Assembly: GCA_047495785.1 (NCBI GenBank)
Contig: JBLDXI010000023.1
Coordinates: 930,001-994,000, forward strand
Reading direction: 5' to 3'
Length of the DNA: 64,000 bases
DNA from: Lepidodermella squamata
Taxonomy: Eukaryota > Animalia > Gastrotricha
Part shown: positions 33,671 to 45,450 of the stretch, one piece after another
Numbering within the stretch: position 1 is the first letter of the stretch
How the letters are laid out: each line of letters starts with the position of its first letter
The notes under the pieces: model-generated
Seen by the model: only the letters and a program-made list of their open reading frames with translations
What the model was told of the DNA's origin: nothing
Database searches by the model: none
Made by a program: the position numbers and the translations under genes

Positions 33671-34819
33671 ATGAAATTGAAGCTGTTTTTCTACTTGTGG
33701 CTATGCTCGTTTAATCAAGTGGAAGCAGGCAACCTCACTTATTCGGCCACTTTAAAAGCAGCAGACATTCTCAACGCTCAATGCAACATTGGCCCTACAG
33801 CCAACTCGCCAACGGAACACGAAGGATACCCTACTCTTATTTTCCTTTTCCTTCAAATTGACAGATTCTACGGCATAAATGACGTTGGAGAATCGATATC
33901 GTTCAATGGCATTCTTCAACTTGTTTGGTTCGTACCCTGTGTCAGTCAATACGCGAATGACCCAGCGAACCAATGGCCAGCTACCTACAAGGTGCTCCAG
34001 AACGAGCCATCGACTTCGTATTGGATTCCACCTGTAGGCCTTCGGAATTCAGTCGGTCAAATGATGCTGGACAGAGCTGATGAATTTGCAGAAATAGTCT
34101 CCATCTATCCGTTTGAGGGTCGATTTGTTGGTGGCTATGTCGGGCGATTCAGTTATACCTGCGACCTAGACCTAACCCTATTCCCATTTGATACCCAGAC
34201 CTGCACAGCGGTGATTAATCAGCGAGTGATTACTGATTTTGTAAAAATGGCGAGCGCGAGTTTCATCACAGTACAGTCGGAGATAATTCCGGAAAACTCG
34301 AACTGGATTTTGCTGTCAAATCGAACTGAAATACGAGAGTTTGAAGTTGTTAATTTCGGTAAGTTGAACCAAGCAACTTTCACGATGGTTTTGAAACGCA
34401 GGGCCGAGTACTACATGCTGAACATGTTCGCGCCTAGTTTTATTCTATCGACGCTGGAAATGGCAGCATTTGGAATCCCAGCAACTGAGCCTGATCGAGC
34501 ATCATTTGCCTGCTCAGTCATGCTGTCGATTTTCGTGCTTCAGGGCATGTTTTCAGCCGCCGTTCCTCAATCGCCGAAGCCCATAGTCACATCCTACTAC
34601 GTCCTCGGCGTGATCATGTTCGCTATGGTCTGCTCCACATACGCGGCTATCATGTGCGGCTACTGCATCATGTACGAAGATCGAGCGAACAGGATCGTGC
34701 ATTTCTGTGGCAAAAAGATGCGCGCTTTCGTCGCTATCGACATTGTTGCGTTTATGGTTTTATTTCTAATTTACATTGCATTCAATTTCATTGTAACGAG
34801 CTACCTTGCGTTCAAATGA
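33671..34819 (+). CDS. Divergent Cys-loop LGIC subunit, subfamily B (382 aa)
   Basis: Signal peptide, Cys-loop, four TM, PDRASF. Confidence 0.93.
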   Translation: MKLKLFFYLWLCSFNQVEAGNLTYSATLKAADILNAQCNIGPTANSPTEHEGYPTLIFLFLQIDRFYGINDVGESISFNGILQLVWFVPCVSQYANDPANQWPATYKVLQNEPSTSYWIPPVGLRNSVGQMMLDRADEFAEIVSIYPFEGRFVGGYVGRFSYTCDLDLTLFPFDTQTCTAVINQRVITDFVKMASASFITVQSEIIPENSNWILLSNRTEIREFEVVNFGKLNQATFTMVLKRRAEYYMLNMFAPSFILSTLEMAAFGIPATEPDRASFACSVMLSIFVLQGMFSAAVPQSPKPIVTSYYVLGVIMFAMVCSTYAAIMCGYCIMYEDRANRIVHFCGKKMRAFVAIDIVAFMVLFLIYIAFNFIVTSYLAFK

Positions 34820-36215
34820 ATCTCGCTTGAATATACAGCTTGAACTTGAATATACACATGAGCTGATAAGATCATTTAACTATCGCTCGGCTGAGTGTGC
34901 TAAAAGCCAAATTATGCTGATTACTGCTGTATATATGGTAAAATCAAAACTTGTTTTGTTTCAAACGAATAAAATAGTTCGTGACATTTTGACAAATCTG
35001 ATTAAAAAATGGGCCCTTACCATCAACGGCCGACGTGGGCTGAAATTCGCCTTAGTCATTTTCAGGTGTAATGATCTTGCGCTGAGCGCAGTTGCTGATA
35101 CTGTAAGCTCCACAACTGCCAAGGCTAGAGCTTTCAAATTTACCGACTTCAACGTCACGTCAACACAAACTTTCAAATTTACCACGCTGTACGAATCGGT
35201 AAAAGGTAATTTCGTACCCGCAAATTCATTTTCATTCCAATTGACAAAAAATGCAAAGATAACTATTCGAATTTCGTGACATTTCGTGACATTGAAATGG
35301 GCATCTAATAATTCCGCGCTTTAAATAAGTCGCGTGTGTGTCTGAAATTCCGTATGGGTGGGGTACCACCCTCGGGGACTGTTGTCGGTTGATCAACGCG
35401 TTTTAAGTGTTTCGTTACTTGTAATCACTGTGACTACCCTGATCGTCGTTTATCAGCCGTTTCTGGTGCTTTGGAGAGCTTGGGCTGCTCTCTAGCATGC
35501 TCAGAAGTCATGAAATTCGTAAAAATGCCCCATTTTAGGACCCTAAATTGACCCATATTGAAGCTACTAGTCACGTCCAAGGGGGTCATGAAGTGGTGGA
35601 AATAGTTTTAAACCTCACTTACTAATTTAAGAACACGATTCGGAAACAACTAATGACATCCGCCTGAAAATATGGTTGAAAATTGCGATTTACGCAAATT
35701 ACGACAGGTGTGCGTTTCTTTATGGCCATGTAGTGTAGTATCAGTATCAGTATGAGAATGAAAATTTTGACTTCGTGTGAATGTCGATGAAATATTGTCT
35801 AAAACATGAACATACAGCCATGAACGGCTTTAAGATCGGGGATTGATTGTGTGGCGGAATCTTTTTATTTTTTTATCATGTTAGATTTGATAAACGTGAA
35901 AATTGTTACGCATTTTACCGTGATGCTCTCCGGAGCGCGATGAACGTAGCAAACAGGGTGAGCAATGCACTTTACCGGCCTAGTTGCGCCAGTCTGCAAA
36001 CTTTGAAAGTTTGTTTACGCAAAACAGTGTTCCGATCCTTGTCAAACACCACACGGCAAAATCAAGATAAGCTCGTGATATTGTTTGAAATATTCTCTGA
36101 TGAATGATCTGCGTTCTACGGACGAATATCTCAATATCCGGTACATAAATCTTGGATTGTCGCGCTATGAGGCATGAGGCATTTGTTATTTTTTCGTCCA
36201 AAACTGAAGCTGACT

Positions 36216-37364
36216 ATGAAATTGAAGCTGTTTTTGTACCTGTTGTTGTGCTCGTTCAACCAAATGGCCGCAGAAAATCTCACGTATGCAGCGACTTTGA
36301 AAGCAGCGGATCTTCTTAACGCAAGGTGCAACATTGGCCCTACAGCGAACTCACCAACAGAATACGAGGGAACCCCTACTCCGATAATACTTTTCCTTCA
36401 AATCGACAGATTTCTCGGCATAAATGACGTTGAAGAATCCCTGTCATTCAACGGCCTTCTTCAAATGGTTTGGTTTGTTCCTTGCGTCAGTCAGTACGTG
36501 AACGACCCAGCAAACCAATGGCCTCCTATGCTGACAATGCTCCAAAATGAGCAAGCGACATCGTATTGGATGCCACCTATTGGCCTTAGAAATGCAGTCG
36601 GCCAAATGATAATGGAGCTAGCAAGCGAATTTGCGGAAGTAATATCCATATATCCTTATGAAGCTCGATTTGTTGGTGGCTATGCCGGTCGATTCACTTA
36701 CACCTGCGATCTCGACCTAACATTGTTTCCATTTGATACCCAGACTTGCACTGCTTTAATTTATCAACGAGTGGTTACCAAATTCTTCATAATGGCGGAC
36801 GCTAAATTCATTACAATAACGTCTGAGATAATTCCGCAAAACTCGAACTGGATATTGCTGTCCAATCGAACAGAAATACAAGAATTTGATGTGGTTAATT
36901 TCGGCAGGGTGAACCAAGCAGCTTTCACGATGGTTCTGAAACGAAGGGCTGAGTTCTACATGCTGAATATGTTCGCACCTAGCTTCATTTTATCGACGCT
37001 GGAAATCGCCGCCTTTGGAATCCCGGCGACTGAGCCTGATCGAGCTGCATTCGCATGTTCAGTCATGCTGTCGATTTTCGTGCTTCAGGGTATGTTCTCA
37101 GCCGCTGTCCCTCAGTCGCCCCGGCCCATAATCACCTCGTACTACGTCCTCGGAGTTATTATGTTCGCTATGATTTGCTCGACATACGCAGCTATCATGT
37201 GCGGCTACTGCATCATGTACGAAGACCGAGCGAGCAGGATCGTGCGTTTTTGTGGCAAGAAGATGCGCGCCTTCGTCGCTATCGACATCGTCGCATTTCT
37301 CATTTTCTTTTTGACCTACATTTCGTTCAATGTTATTTTAACGGGCTACCTCGCGTTCAATTAA
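36216..37364 (+). CDS. Divergent Cys-loop LGIC subunit, subfamily B (382 aa)
   Basis: ATG 36216 (MKLKLFL); Cys-loop; PDRAAF; upstream ~300 bp homologous to that of 33671. Confidence 0.93.
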   Translation: MKLKLFLYLLLCSFNQMAAENLTYAATLKAADLLNARCNIGPTANSPTEYEGTPTPIILFLQIDRFLGINDVEESLSFNGLLQMVWFVPCVSQYVNDPANQWPPMLTMLQNEQATSYWMPPIGLRNAVGQMIMELASEFAEVISIYPYEARFVGGYAGRFTYTCDLDLTLFPFDTQTCTALIYQRVVTKFFIMADAKFITITSEIIPQNSNWILLSNRTEIQEFDVVNFGRVNQAAFTMVLKRRAEFYMLNMFAPSFILSTLEIAAFGIPATEPDRAAFACSVMLSIFVLQGMFSAAVPQSPRPIITSYYVLGVIMFAMICSTYAAIMCGYCIMYEDRASRIVRFCGKKMRAFVAIDIVAFLIFFLTYISFNVILTGYLAFN

Positions 37365-38122
37365 ATTCCGCTCCTTTGTTGAACTAACGCATATGAGGTG
37401 AGAGGATCATCTCCCTATCGTTCGAGACCTAACATGCGCTGAATATTGCCTTATGTAAACTGTTTCATACCCTGAAATTATACCAGCAGTCAACTACTTT
37501 TAGCAAGTGTATTGTAATCGTTTTCAAAATAGCTTGTGGTGAATGAATAAAATACACTCTTAGTCTTAGCGTAGTTACTGATTAGGTGAGCTCTAATTTT
37601 TATTTTCGATTTTGGCAGTAAATCAGAAGTTTCACAAATCAATCATTCTTCAAATTTAGCACGCTTTACGAATCTGGACCTGAGATCTGAGATTTATGAA
37701 CGTTTTCGCCCATCAGACAATGCTGACTCTAAGGGGTATATTCGGACCCTAATTTTCAGCTAACAGAGGTTGGGACCCCTGAGTTACTATCGGGCTTTCT
37801 TGACTGTACATTAGGAACTGGGGGCGCAATTATTGAATGTCACAGTTTGATCTAGAATCTAGATGAACAATATCCTTTGCCGACTTATTAAAACACTTCC
37901 CATTAATTGCTGCTAGTAATCAGCGAACCATATCGATTGAAACTACGCAGCAGAATATCATACGAACGAGGGCTCCTAATAACACGAATGACAATTGGGT
38001 TGACTCGTGAGGCAGCATAAATAGCAAGAGGTGGGCAAACATCCGCCAATAATTGATCATAAAGTTAAGCTTTAAGTCTTCCACTTATTCGTTGTTGGCA
38101 TTTTAAATAAACCGATTATGAA

Positions 38123-39287
38123 ATGATTATTATACTCACCGTTTCCATCTTCGCAGTCACGAGTGCGGAAACTGATCTTGACCTTATTCTGTCGCAATGT
38201 CACGTGTCGCCTGAAGCAAACTCGCCCAGCGAGCTCACAGGTCAACCTACTTTAATTCGAACTTCTTTGATGGTCGACCGAATAATGGAACTGGACGACG
38301 TGAGTGAGACAATGAAGATAGGCGGAGTTTTCATAGTCAACTGGTTCGACAGGTGCACAGCTACTCTGCAAGGCAACACAACCACATCCGTGATTCAGTT
38401 GTTCGACGATAGCCTCGGTAAAATATGGAGGCCGCGATTTTTCCATCGCAATGGCATAACTAACACTGCGTTGAAGGGCGATGACATTGGCAAGGCCCTG
38501 GCTATCGAGATACCGATGGGTGTCTACTACGAGCAAACGGTTGGCCTTTTCGATTCGTATTGTTACTTCGACTTTTTTCGATATCCTTTTGAAAGGTACT
38601 TAGGCTTTACTGAAACTTATCTATCGCATTATCTAAAAAATTGATTTTTTTCTAAGGCAATTCTGTTGCGCGAAATTTGTGCTGATGAATCGGCATCAAT
38701 TCGCTTATATTGAATTCGCAACCGTAAATTTCCTATCGAACGACATCATCTCCAACGGCTCTGTCTGGCGATATCTTTCGAGCAGCGCTTCAGTCGATCG
38801 CAGTAATTCATCTGGAAATTATAACGACTACAACGTCGCTGAATTTTGCTTCTATTTCCAACGCAACCCAGACTACTACCTTATCAACCTATTCGCGCCA
38901 GGTTTCATACTAAGCCTTTTGGAGGAATCGAGTTTCCTCGTGCCAGCCGAGTTCCCGGACCGAGCTGCACTAGCGTGTACCTTCATGCTGTCAACCTTCG
39001 TCCTGCAAGCCCAAATGCTGTCGAGCCTACCGAAAACTTCGCAAGCTATCGTTGCAGAGTATTACCTGCTTGGTCAAACGATTTTTGCCATGTTGATCGC
39101 GATATATTCCTCAGCGATATGTACGTTTGTGACTCTGTGGCCGGACAAAGCTCGCAGTGATCTGGTCGTGTTCAAGAAAAGCTTCAGATATTACATTTTC
39201 GTTGACTTGGTAGCTTGCTCGGTTTTTGCCACTGTGTTCACCTGTTTCAATCTGGCGACGGCTTGGGTCTTTATAGTTAGCGCTTGA
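38123..39287 (+). CDS. Divergent Cys-loop LGIC subunit, subfamily D, two exons (~367 aa)
   Basis: Exons 38123-38595 and 38657-39287; removing the 61-nt GT-AG intron restores Cys-loop CYFDFFRYPFERQFC; M2 PDRAALACTFML. Confidence 0.88.
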
Positions 39288-39772
39288 TAGACTATTACAC
39301 TACCGTAAACTCTTGACTCAAGGATTGCGTGATATATGATATAAGTACCTTTTGGGAGTATTATTTTTTATTATCTCATTTCTCATTTTCTTTCTCAGTA
39401 AATTGCTGACGTGCGCTATTCATTCGAAACTTGGGAACAGAACATAAAAATACGAAGGAGAAGCTGATCAAACAAATAGATTAATCATGAGTAAATTACG
39501 AAAACACAATGCATGCTTTCTACATCTAAGTACTGAGCTGAAGCCGATTCTCATCAACAATACTTAATACATGTGACTATTAAGCTCAAGGTCAGTGAGT
39601 AAGCCAAAAAGTGAAGCAGATGCCGAAGTTATTTTTAAACTGCACTATCGATTTTATAAGCTATAAATAGACTCATGTTTGACCAGCTTATTCGCTTGGC
39701 ATAAAATTTATTCTGTTCTTAATTCTTCGCTCGCAACTCGTCATTTGGTTCAATTTTTTCATCACAAAAAAA

Positions 39773-41324
39773 ATGAATTTTCTCCTCGTCTCCGCACTGT
39801 TCGCAATTAATGCGCAAAAAGGTTATTTTGATATTAGACTAACAGCATAGAATTATATCTCACCCCTTTTTCAGCATGCAGCGTCATCTACACAGCGCCT
39901 GTAACCAGCATGGGCCTGGAGGTATTTTAATGGTTTCCACCATTATAAAACAACTGAAGTAGCATGTCATTTGATATAGCATAACTCGCCTTATAATGTG
40001 GACGTAACGTTCGGAACACCGGGTCAAACCTTCCCTTTGATGGTTGATTCTGGCTCGAAGCCTCTCCAAGTTGCAGGTTTGCCCTTCGCTCGAGCTCTGA
40101 ACTACCAAATCGATGGATTCGACGTTTCGAAATCCAAAACGTGGGAGAATGCGAGCAAAACTATCCCTCCGAGTCAGATCAACTACGGCAGCGCTTCACT
40201 GGCCTGCACTTTCGGCTACGACACTGTTTCTTTTGGAAATTTCAATGTTAAGAGGACAGTCATTGCGATAACATACGAGGCCCTGTCTGGGAACCCGCCC
40301 AACGGCCACAGTGGCGTAGTCGGCATGGGGTGGCAGGATTACACCCAGCCTTGCATCGCCAAGTCGCCATCTTGCATCTTACCAGCTATCATTTCTGCAG
40401 CTGTAGCGGAAAAGAACCAGCCGATCTGGACCATCTACCTAACATCAGCTTCGGGATTCAAAGAGGGTGGCTTGAACATCGGAACGATTGATAGAAGCCA
40501 ATTCACTGGAGATATCGTCTATTCGAAAGTCACGCCATACGGCATTTCGAATACCAAGTGGAACGTATATCTCGACAAAATTTCGGTAAAGAAAAGCCAC
40601 AGGTTATTCGCAGTTTGAAAATATGGGAATCCTTTCAAATTCAATCAAAAATGTTGTCAATTCAATGCGCCAAACTCGTTCTGCGGGGTTTCAGAGAGGA
40701 GGAAATTCTCTATTTTTATTTCTCTATGGCTAGCTATAGAATAATCCTTTATTGCTGTTCTGCTTTCGTAATTTCCTAGCAGCTTTTATCGCCCTTTGAC
40801 ATTTTTTTCGAATTCGCCTCTCAAGTTATTTTACATTACAGGTCAATGGCAAAACAATTGCTTGCCAAAACGGAGCTTGCAGCATCCTTCCCGATACCGG
40901 AACAACCGCTGCCATCAACCTACCTTCCACTGAAGTCGCCACTGCAATTGCGAAAGGTCTCGGCGCTACTCAGCAGTGCACGGAAGCAAGCTGCAAGGAC
41001 ACCGAGGACAACTGGAACGGCGCAAACTGGGGCTGGCCGTGTAGTGCTAAGCTCTCGAAATCTCTGCCGACACTCAATTTCGAGATAAATGGTGGCCGTG
41101 TCACAGTTCCTCCCGCAGTGTATCTTGGCAATAACCAGTTGGGGAAAACGAGCGGATGGTGTTCTTTGGGGTCGCCAGGTGGCATCTTCAAGGTGAGCGC
41201 AAATTCCAACAATCAGATTATTCTGGGCAAGCCAGTCATCCAGCGCTACTACAACGTCTTCGATGTTGGAAATGCTCGCTGGGGCTTCGCGCCTGTTGTT
41301 GGCCTTCCAGCCGATTTAGCTTGA
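39773..41324 (+). CDS. Secreted pepsin-family (A1) aspartic protease, copy 1 (4 exons, ~394 aa)
   Basis: Exons 39773-39821, 39875-39921, 39980-40585, 40842-41324; signal peptide; FGTPGQ, DSGS, flap YGS, GVVGMG, DTGT, ILG, YNVFD..GFA. Confidence 0.9.
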
Positions 41325-41847
41325 GAATAACTCTAGCAGCAGCGCAAGGTACTGAAAAAGAGATGAGAGATAATGATGAGAAAGGATAAAGAAGAAATGA
41401 ATAAACCCGATTAACACCTAATGACTACTTATACCAATTCCGAATATCAAAATTTGTCCTGGTTAATAATAATTTCTGTTAAATCTTTGTAAAAGCAAAG
41501 TAGTGAAAAGAAGGCCGGTATCATAACTCTAAACTGGCTCTGACGCTCTGAATGCGTGTTTCAACCTGCAATCAGGACTCGCCACAGTACACCATATACT
41601 CCTACAGAAAAAAGCAGTGTACACAAATCAAAGCCATAAGATAAGCACTGCCCTGGAAATGGCTAAGTATATTTACGTAAGTAAAAAAAGTACCGTAACG
41701 TTGGGTGCTTTGGCGAGTACTAACTGAATTGATTTTTCCATGATGAGAGCACTCTTGTTTGACAAGCTCAACTCTCCGGGAATCGCATTTTTCGCATAAT
41801 TCTTCGCTTGTAACTCATTATGTAATTCTGATTTTTGTTCAGTAAAG

Positions 41848-43759
41848 ATGAAATTTCTTATCTTCTCCGCACTGTTCGCAATTCATGCGCAAAAAGGTTA
41901 GTTTGAGATTCGCCGTAACAGCATCGCGAAATACTAACCCCATATATTTAGCGTCAAGCGTCATTTACACAGCACCCGTAACCAGCTTGGGCATAGAGGT
42001 TAAGTATATTAACGTAAATGTTTCCATTTGAGGCTGTATCATTAAATTGATTCAGCATAGTTCGCCCTATAATGTCGACGTAACGTTCGGAACGCCGGGT
42101 CAAACCTTCCCTTTGATGGTCGATTCTGGCTCGAAACCGCTCCAAGTCGCGGGTCGGCCCTTTGCGCGAGCTCTTGACAACAGAATCGGTGGGTTTGACG
42201 TTTCAAAATCCAAAACCTGGGGAAATGCGAGCAAAACCATCCCTCCGAGTCAAATCAACTACGGCAGCGCTTCACTGGCCTGCACTTTCGGCTACGACAC
42301 AGTTTCCTTCGGAAATTTCAACGTTAAGAGGACAGTCGTTGCGATAACTTACGAAGCCCTGTCTGGAAACCCGCCCAACGGCCACAGTGGCGTAGTCGGC
42401 ATGGGGTGGCAGAATCACACCCAAGCTTGCGTCCCAAAATCGCCATCTTGCATCTTACCAGCTATTATTTCGGCCGCTGTAGCGGAAAAGAACCTCCCGA
42501 TTTGGACCATCTATCTAACAGCAGCTTCGGGATTCAAGGAGGGTGGCTTGAACATCGGTATGATTGACCAAAGCCAATTCACTGGTAGAATTGTCTATTC
42601 GAAGGTCACGCCATTCGGCATTTCGAAAACCAAATGGAGCGTTTATCTTGACAAAATTTCGGTTAGGAACATCTTCTTATAGAATACACCCAGCTCGTGA
42701 TCCGAGCGAGAAACCTAAAAAAATGGGAATTTATTCTGAAAATTTGCGACGAAAGTTTCTCTGAAAAAACATATTTTTTGTTCTCACTTAGATATTGAAT
42801 TGGGGTGCACCCGACTCGCGCATTGTATCATTTGCGCATTTATTTTGGAATTTTAATGTTAGATTCGTAATTTAGGCATTTCATTATGAGATTTTCATGG
42901 AAGGAATTCGACATCAATATAATGCCATATCTGTAACTGATGTGGTCCTCGGGTTTTATAAACCTTGCGACAAACAAAGAAACCTAATTTTCAGAGCATT
43001 TCAGTCCTGTTTCTTCCCATCTGATGCGTAATCTGATGCGAACCATGCTGGGCTCAATCCTGGAATGGATTGTACAAGAGAATGCGCAAATGGGAAATGC
43101 GTAAGGGTATTGTATAAAAAATTCAGGAGATTCTGACATTTTCAAAATCCCTTAGTTATTGTGAAACCCATCGAATTTTATTATAACTACTGAGTATTTC
43201 CTTTTCCTTTTCCTGATATTTCCAGAGTTAAGAATTTTCAGTCCATTGTCTATTTAAAGGTGTTATTGCATCACAGGTGAATGGTAAAGCAATTGCTTGC
43301 GAAAAAGGAGCTTGCAGCATCATTCCCGATACCGGAACAACCGCTGCCATCAACCTACCGTCCACCGAAGTCGCTAATGCAATCGCTAAAGGTCTTGGCG
43401 CAACTCAACAATGCACAAAATCCAGTTGCAAGGATACCGAGGACAACTGGAACGGCGCAAACTGGGGCTGGCCGTGTAGTGCTAAGCTCTTGAAAACTCT
43501 TCCGAGCCTCCACTTCGAGATAAACGGCGGCCGTGTTACAGTTCCTCCGGCAGTGTACCTTGGCCGTAAGCAGATGAACAAAACGAGCGGCTGGTGTTCT
43601 CTTGGCGCGCCTGGCGGCATCTTCAAGGTGAACGCAAACTCGCAGAATCTGATCATTGTTGGCAAGCCAGTCATCCAGCGCTACTACAACGTCTTCGATG
43701 TAGGAAATGCTCGATGGGGCTTCGCGCCTGTTGTTGGTCTACCAGCCGATTTGGCATGA
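41848..43759 (+). CDS. Secreted pepsin-family aspartic protease, copy 2 (4 exons)
   Basis: Exons 41848-41896, 41952-41998, 42056-42661, 43277-43759; same exon lengths and motifs as copy 1. Confidence 0.9.
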
Positions 43760-44080
43760 TATGAAGTCTTATAGCCATACTAAGGCGATCGGAAAAGTGA
43801 AATGAGACTGAGAGATACTTATATGACGATATATACTTCCTTGAAAGAAAGGAAGAGTTCCCGTTCAAAAAAGCTATGGGCGAGGGAATCGAAAAATATA
43901 TGAGTGATGAAGGGATGAAAAATAATTGAATAAAAGGATCAATGTTACTCAGACAGGTTGTGATTGGATCAACTGGTCTTTCAATTGCTAGGGGCTTCAG
44001 GTTATCGCTTTTCACTTATCAGCTCATTGTTTAGACTTAACAAGAATTTCATGGCTGCTGTGTTGCAGAAGGCACGCGTC

Positions 44081-44834
44081 CAGTGCTTCTCAACCTTTTT
44101 CCGTAGTGGGCCATTTTCTAACTCATTTTCCATCCCTGCGGGCCGCATGACTTAGGCCCTAGCCGGCGGGCCGCTGCCACTGTATTGTAGCAATACAGCG
44201 GGCCGCAAGTTTATAATGTGAGCGAAATTCAACAGATATTGTTGCTGTTTAGTCGCTAATTTTATTGTCATGCAAATTGAAACACAGAAAATTTAACATA
44301 ATTTGGGCATTCACGAGTAAGTATTGAGCAAGTATGCATTAGGAATTATCAAATAATTATCAAGTTTTATGAGCAAACAATGTCATTGCAAAAAGAAACT
44401 AGAAAATCATTCTGGAATTCTGAAACTGGAATTTACTCAAAACAATCAAGAACGGGCCTTGAAGGGCATTTGAAAAAATGGATTAGCGTGAATGAACGAA
44501 TAAGGGGATGAGTGGCTTTATTAATGGTATGCGTTTAGCTCAGTGGCGTAGCCGGGATTTTTGTTTGGGGTCGAAAAGGTTGCGGCCTAAAAACTACTTG
44601 AAAATCAATTCGCGAGCTTTAGCTGACGCTTTTTTGGCATTTTCAACCCGGAAATGGGCTAAAAATGCATTGAGGATTCATAGGAACCCTGTGGTTGGAC
44701 TTCCGAGCATAACTTTGACCTTGAAGCTTTTTAAAAATGATTGATAATAAGGCGTGCGGGCCGCAACTAATACATGTTGCCTAGTTGAGTGCCGGGCCGC
44801 ATGCGGCCCGAAAAATGAAGGTTGAGAAGCACTG
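44081..44834. mobile_element. Non-autonomous hAT (Charlie/Buster-like) element
   Basis: TIR CAGTGCTTCTCAACCTT / AAGGTTGAGAAGCACTG; perfect 8-bp TSD CACGCGTC (44073-44080, 44835-44842); subterminal GCGGGCCGC repeats. Confidence 0.9.
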
Positions 44835-45450
44835 CACGCGTCGTATCTGTTATAAATTTAGAACTTCGACGCGAATAGCTGTTGCACAGTACGCGTCGTG
44901 TCGGATCACTGTTATTTTCGAAATAATATGAACTAATTGCAGGGACCCCGCACTGATAGGTACGAACTGAACAGATTGCGAATAAAAAACAGCAATGAGT
45001 TCAAATATGGGGCTTTGGCGAGAACCTGATCTTGGCAATTTTCCCAGCTAATACGATTCGTTGGCTAGGATTGCTTCCTGCTTCCTGTCCTGTTGTTCCG
45101 CAGGCTAAAATGACATTGAAGCACGTGCGCGCTCCGCCTATTACCCTTCGAAAGATGTGGGCGAGCTTTCAGCGAACGATTCAGTCTTTCATTATGTTTC
45201 GTTGATGCATGAAATTTTCAATTTGTATCTATTTTTGTAGCTTATCTCCTCGAGAAAAAACATCGCTTAGATTACAGGTTCCTATTTATAATTGAAAGCT
45301 TCGACACGGAATGTTCGTTTTTTGCGCGGTAAAGGTAACAAACAGGAAGGATACATTAGGATAGCAACGAGGGGAATGTCTTTTGGCTCCCTGGACCCAG
45401 TACTCAGAATTATATATTCAAGCAGCAAGGATAGCTCAGCAATCAACAGA

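Noticed and set aside
34806-35279. 157-aa ORF between channel genes
   Set aside because: Non-ATG start, overlaps a stop codon and probable repeat DNA, no recognisable domain.
941-39287. Assigning nAChR, 5-HT3 or GABA-A gene symbols
   Set aside because: Agonist-binding residues and the intracellular domain are absent; orthology cannot be supported by eye.
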